64,000 nucleotides of DNA from Stylophora pistillata (Eukaryota). The notes under the pieces are model-generated. The model had not been told where the DNA came from. It did no database searches and worked only from the letters and a program-made list of their open reading frames with translations. The DNA lies in the NCBI RefSeq assembly GCF_002571385.2, contig NW_019218050.1:1-64000 (forward strand), in the 5' to 3' direction. The position numbers and the translations under genes are program-made. Of the stretch, positions 57,612-64,000 are shown piece after piece (the stretch's first letter is position 1; every line of letters begins with the position of its first letter).

Positions 57612-60600
57612 ATGGAGCTAGTCCATGATCTCTCAGAGGCCCTTCCTCTTCAGGCTCCTCTAACCTACCATGTTGAAGTCCTTCAAAATCCATCCAGGTA
57701 AATGAAGAAGATGGTCGATTACCCCCAAAAAAACTATAATGGAAATGAAAACAATTTTAAAAATCCAAGATTCACGTAAATTTTGTAGACTGAAGATGGG
57801 TTAACTGGTTTCTATTTCAAAAAGTGAACACTTGGAATGTACCAATTCCCGGAAGACTTGCATATGTGATTTAAAAGCAGTACAGCCGAGTACAAAGTTT
57901 GACATGCTTCAGGAAAAGATATTGTTAAGTTAAACCCGACGTATCTATTTACTAAAAAACTTTGAGTGAAAAATAGTTTCTTTTTTGTAAAAGTAATGTT
58001 TGTATAACCATATTTTCAATCTTTGAACTCATAGCACAGCCCGCTCTGATTTTATAAAAGAGCGTGTGAGAAAATTTTTGATGTGTGAAGCAACTGTTTA
58101 TGGCGACACCACCTTCACGGAATTCACAGATGGGTTTTTGACGGAGCATGTGAAAGCTGTGAGTGTCTGTGACACAGATTTAGTGTCTAAAGAGAGACAG
58201 GTATACAAATCATTCTAACAAGTTTAGATAATGTATTTCAAACAACGAGTCTTGTAATTTAGAGCAGTTTTCTTGTAAGTGTTGAAAAACCAAAACTGAA
58301 TTATTAATCACAACCACCAATTGGAGCAAAGGTTAACATCATCATTAGATGATGATGATTAGAGAACTCAAAGTAAAAACAGGAAAGCTGCTTGAAGTGC
58401 AGCAAAACACAAGTGACCAAATTGGGATCATTTTTTACTTTTGGATTGGATTGGCTTAGATGTTGGCCCAAGTTTTCCAAAACCAAAGAAATTCAGGGTT
58501 ACTTTTGATAGTCAAATGAAAATCAGTCTAATGGAATGGAGCAACCACATATTTCAGATGAAACTCATGGATCTGAACAAATCCCTGTTTTAACTACCAC
58601 CTTCAACTCTTTAACTCCCAGATATGATTAACATGTAACTTCCCCCTATAAACTCCATACATAATCAAGCAAACAGGTAATGAGAATACTTAAACTTAAC
58701 AAGAATTACAGTTGTTTTTTTTTTTTGTGATCTTACACCAAATTCTTATCAATAATTCACAAGGAAATGTGTAGTAGTCAGAGGGGAGAATTAACAATTG
58801 GATCTTCATTTCTTGGGAGTTAAAAGGCTAAGAAGTTCTGTATTGATGGCAGTGTGGACCTCAGGAACCATGACTCTATACTGTCCCAATGCCATGACCT
58901 CATCTATGGCTTTCCATGCTTCTACTCGTAGTCATTAATGTGGCAAGGCTGTTTTTCTTTTTGAACAGAGTAATCTCAAGAATTGCAAACTTGCAATCCA
59001 TGTTTTCCAATTGCATGATGATGGGCCAGCAACAGAAGAATTAGAAGACGACATAGCAGCAGCTAATCATTGGCTTCTTCCCTCGGGTATGTGCATAAGT
59101 CAGTCCACTTTGAGGTGATAAAAAAAAATGCAAATATTACCTATGATATTTTTTTGATTATTATAACTGTTATCCATCCTCAGTGTTGTTAAGTATAGCC
59201 AAAAGGCAGTAAGGTTAAAATGCCAACTTGTAGGAAGCCAACCAGTTGGCTGTTTGCAAGTCTGTAATGACTCAGCCTCGGGCCTCTGATTGCAAGTCCA
59301 GCTATTTAAGCAGTAACCCTCTTCCTTGATGAAAATATTTGCTTCGATGGTTGCAGCTGAGTAATTGGATGAATGAATAAAAGAAAATCCTTAATTATGA
59401 CGACATACTTTCCTTTTCAGATGATTTTCACGGAATGTGGGAAAGTCTGATCTTTGATTCAGATGTCAAAGCCCAGGTGAGAAAACCCTTTAATTTTCAC
59501 TTCTAGTTTTTCAGTTTTGATTTTGAAAACATGTTTGTGATATTTTCTTCTGATTTTTTTTATTATTATTTATTTATTTTACAGCTGATAAACTACGCAA
59601 TGACAACATTACTCTTCTCAGACAGGTCAGGAATAATCCCTTCCCACTGCAATTATTTTTAATTTACATACATCGTTTGAAGAAGTTATGAATGCCCCAC
59701 ATGAAGAAATATTGTGGGTTAATAACAACATAAGGAAGAATGCATAGAAGAAAGCTTTGTGCAGGCGTATAAAGATCCAGACTAAGTGCAAGACCTTGAA
59801 AAAAATTGCCTTAGAGGCTTTATTAATTTTTGACTGAGAGAAGAAATGATTGTGCAAGAGAATTCACATAAAATGATTTGAACAAATAAAACTTGTGTAG
59901 TGTGAAAATTCTCCATTTCTCCCTAACTATTTCATTTTCTATCCCAGAAACTGTATCAATGACACACTGAAATGATCATTATTTTGTTTAGGGGTGTGAA
60001 CAGTAACATAATATCATGGAATAGAGTGATTCTACTTCACGGTAAGGATGGAAGAGGTCAAAGATTGCTCTCTGTTCAGGGAAGAAGTTTATATTTGTGA
60101 CAGGGTAGGCAAGAACAGGATAACTTGGTTCATAACATTAATTAGCCATCCTAAAGAGGCCACAAATGTACCTTCTACCTCAAGGAAATTTGTGACTTTA
60201 GTAGGTAATAATTTTCATGAATTTTTCTCTAAATGGCAGGGTGAGAGCAGGTCAGGGACTGTCATGGAATTTAGAATTTCTTTCCAGGTCTGGAAAGTTG
60301 TGGAATACAAGTGTGGGTTATGAAGAGTCATGATGAAAAATTTTGGGAATTGTTTTGGGGTAGATCCAAAAGCAAGACATCTCAAGAATTAATGATCCAT
60401 CTTAAATGTTGTATTTAAAGTAATTTTTTTTTGCTCAAGGTCCACCAGGAACTGGGAAGACATCTCTCTGCAAAGCACTGGCTCAAAAACTGAGCATTAG
60501 ATTGTCAGATAGGTGAGGCAGCATGAAAGTACAGTTCTGTTGCAATCACAATGAAAGTTGTGAAACCACATACATAATTGATCACTACTCCAGGACCAGT

Positions 60601-61174
60601 TAAAACAAAAATGGAACAAATATTCCAAAATGATAGAAAGAAATCAGCCAAAATCCTGAATGACTGGAGCCAGAGCAGAGGGCTGGTTCTGTGGAAAGTG
60701 CTGCTGAAGACCACTGTGTTTAAGTCTGTTGAATACAGCAAGGCAGGATTGTTGTTGCTAAGCACTGGTTGCATAAATCGCCAGATGGAAAAGAGGTGAT
60801 CACTGGCTGGATTTTTGGCTGGCAATCACTTGGTAAAGCACAATGGGCCGGGCACCTTTCAGGTCACACACTTACAATCCTTCACCACCTTTGAGCTGCC
60901 TCGCTTCAAATTTCAGCTGGCAGCATAATTTCTTAGCTAGAACCACGGCAAAGTGGAAAGTTTGAACCTGCAACAATTTTACCTTTAAAAATCAAGAAAA
61001 TTAGCAGTAGGGTACCATTTAGGGAGTCTTAAGATCAATTTTTTGCAGAGGGCATTTAGTTAGGTGCATAGTCATTCTTATCTTATTCTAGTTTTTATCC
61101 TTATAGTATGTTATTTAGACAGGACCCCTTTGATAACAGTGCTCCTGCACTGTAGGGCTATCCTGTATAAATAT

Positions 61175-61215
<41 letters not shown>

Positions 61216-63622
61216 GTTATTATTATTAAAGTCCAGTACCCTAACAACTGTGCCATGCTGTCCCCTGTTTCATTAAATACTATAAGTCTAGAAACAAAAA
61301 AATATGTAAGTTTTTAGAAATTTTAATTTCTGTGACTAATTCAGTTCTTTGAATGTACATTTACCATACCATTTTTTTTTTTGTTTGTTTCCCAAGGTAT
61401 TCCTATGGGCAGCTGATAGAGATAAATAGCCATAGTCTGTTTTCAAAATGGTTTTCCGAGGAAAGTACTAGTATCATACTTACAATTTCTTTTTCTCTCT
61501 TTCAAGTGTTTAAGCATTTTAAAATTTACTATTTTTTTGGTTTCTTTTTTATTGTATTACTCTCTTGATTAAAACAGAGTGGAAAACTTGTGATGAAGAT
61601 GTTCCAGAAAATCCAAGAACTACTCGATGACAAAGATGCACTTGTTTGTGTCTTGATAGACGAGGTACATATCCTTGAAGTTCACTTTACAAATTCCTTT
61701 TCTATTCTTTGGGGCAGCTGAATTTTCATGCTTCTTAATGCAACTACCAAAGGAGGGGCGGCAGATACTTCCCAGTAATAGGCTTATGGGGATATGCTGC
61801 TAGATAGGGATGCACTTTTCTCAACTGAATTGACTATGATAGGCAGGGCTCGACACTAACAGTAGCCAACTAGCCACAGACTAGTAGAAATTCAGTTTTG
61901 GCTGTGATTTTCGATTTCCAATCGCAATTTTGGCCAGTAAACAAACTGAAATTGTCGAAACATCTAAGTTGTCACTAGCCACTTGGCTTGTAAGTTTAAA
62001 AATTGGAGTCAAGCCCTGATAGGGTTGCATTTTCATTAGAATTTCTAGAAAGGGATCACACATTTTTGAGATTTTGGAGGTAAGAAAATCCTGGTGAGAA
62101 GGGATTTAACAATAAGATAGATGCATCAACAGAAAGTGACTCTGTTGGGATCGTAATATTACGTTACCCAATTGGCCACAGAATAGACTCTAATGGGGTA
62201 GGGGTTCTGAGAGGCCAGTGGCACATACCCGGCCAAAATTGGCACAAGTACGGTTCCTGCGGGGATTACACACCCGTGTTAAGACATTCAGTTATGCTAC
62301 ATTATATGAACTGGCAGGTTGAGAGTTTGACTGCAGCTCGCAAGTCTGCAATGCAGGGCCAGGAGCCTTCAGATGCAATAAGAGTGGTAAATGCTCTGCT
62401 CACACAGATTGATCACATTAAAAGGTAATCACTCTATAAACCCACAGAGGTCTTGAAAGATAATTTCCTCAATTAGCTTTAACTAGTCTGTCAACCTAGG
62501 CAAGTGAGATGGACCACACTGTAAGTTCAAACAGGCTACCGAGTTACTCCAGTAAAACTGAAGATTCTCTTGAAAATATTCGATTCTGATTTGCATGGAG
62601 GGAATGTAGACAAAGGAACAGTGGACTTAGCATCAGTGCTGTTTACCTGTAGGAACATGCCCCTGTTACATTTCCTAAGGGACATTTAACCACAAAAGCT
62701 GGAGATTTGGGAGTCCATAGATCATCATCTTGACGTGATTCCTCAGAAAAATCAGTGTTGCACCGGCTAAATAACGACGATTAACATTACAAATATCTCA
62801 TACGATCAGTTGTTAAACTATACGTAGAAGTGATGTCATACCTACAGACAATAGTTTTATGCACTCTTGTCTTTACAAGTGCAGCCCAGGGATATGCATA
62901 ATAAAACAATCATTGGATTCGGTTTTCGCATGATAGCGATAATTATCAAGGCCTCAGTTTGTGTTATCGGCCTCAGTCTTCGGCTTACGCAGATAACACA
63001 AACTTTGGCCCTGATAATTATCGCTATCATGCTCAACCTCATCCAATAATTGTTAAGTATCTTCGCCACGAGTACGTATCTGATTCACTCGATACAACCT
63101 CGTATCTAGAATGTGACTCCAAATTTGGTTTTCTACCATGAATGGAAGCTCTAGAGTTTGCAAAACTCAGCCCTTACCTTTCTTTTAGTATACTCGTCAA
63201 TTAGTCTTGAATTTGATTGACTAAACAACCTCCGCATCAGACATGAGAAGTTGCACTTTTCTCTCATTTTCCTCATTATCTTTGTTGTTCTGTTGTCATT
63301 GTCTCGTGTACTCCTTTTCTGTGCCTTTCTCTTCTACTTTTGCCCTTTGTCGTTGTTGTCATTTTTCTATCCCTCTTTCCACCCTCGTTTCTTATCTTTT
63401 CTAATTGCGTTTTCAATACTCTTACTCTTTCCCTTAATTCCCCATCTATGATGATAATACAAACGACAGTCTAAGAGAATAAGTATTTTTAATGTAATGT
63501 CTTCGAAAAATCGCCCCACCCGCCGGATTTAAGACTCACTATTACCTTTTCAGATTCCCTAACGTAATCATCCTGACCACCTCTAATGTGACTAAAGCTA
63601 TAGACTTGGCATTTGTGGACAG
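57612..63622 (+). CDS. TRIP13: Pachytene checkpoint protein 2 / TRIP13 AAA+ ATPase, first 11 coding exons, 3' end beyond the window
   Basis: Exons 57612-57697, 58035-58200, 58969-59086, 59421-59476, 59585-59625, 59992-60041, 60440-60512, 61397-61460, 61578-61664, 62318-62424 and 63554-63622. Motifs [79 protein letters not shown] and IDLAFVDR. Confidence 0.95.
61115..61228 (+). repeat. L2-like LINE/SINE 3' tail with (TTA)n
   Basis: caggacccc...gggctatcctgtataaata followed by a (TTA)n run. Confidence 0.55.
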
Positions 63623-64000
63623 GTATGTTGAGTGAAGATTTAAATCTGTGGAAAATCTGTTTCTTTTTTAATTTCGATTACGCTTTTCCACACCCCCTCC
63701 ATTTTATTTTTGTTTTCACGCGTGACTCGCGTGATTTTTCGTGAATTAGCCAATCATGTTGGGGTTCATTCGTCTTGGCCTTGACATTGGAAACACTGGC
63801 GTGGACATTTTCTCGCGCGTGTCTTAGTTGTTCTGCTTTCGGAGTTTAGTCTTTGGTTGTTGTTTTTCAGTTTTCGTTCACGCTTATTTTGATCCCTTCG
63901 GAAATTTAAGGAGTTTTATTTAAACCGAATGTCGTGATAATTCTCATAACATTTAGATGGCTCTAGGCTGANNAGTCTCTTTTTTTTGCCCTTGGATTTT

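Overview
Eukaryotic, intron-containing animal DNA. The repeat families and gene content suggest a stony coral or other anthozoan (inference, species not determinable). Genes, left to right: an 11-exon minus-strand gene missed by the ORF track, which I reconstructed by splicing (351 aa, bacterial-type DUF445/UPF0754 membrane protein, one GC-AG intron); a single-exon TMEM229-family gene head-to-head with it; three intronless BTB-BACK-Kelch paralogs (the third a mosaic of the other two, with an in-frame TAG 21 codons before the paralog-like end); an intact PRRT3/4-like multi-pass membrane gene and a decayed copy; a class A GPCR; and CEP76 (10 exons) head-to-head with TRIP13/PCH2 (11 exons in window, runs off the end, one intron apparently GA-AG). 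Between Kelch copies 1 and 2 is a transposon nest: a CR1/L2 LINE split at TTAA by an 8.85-kb decayed Sola3-type DNA transposon that carries further insertions. Many MITEs, SINE-like repeats and Penelope-type hairpins are present, along with three N gaps. All family assignments come from recalled motifs; no searches were run.
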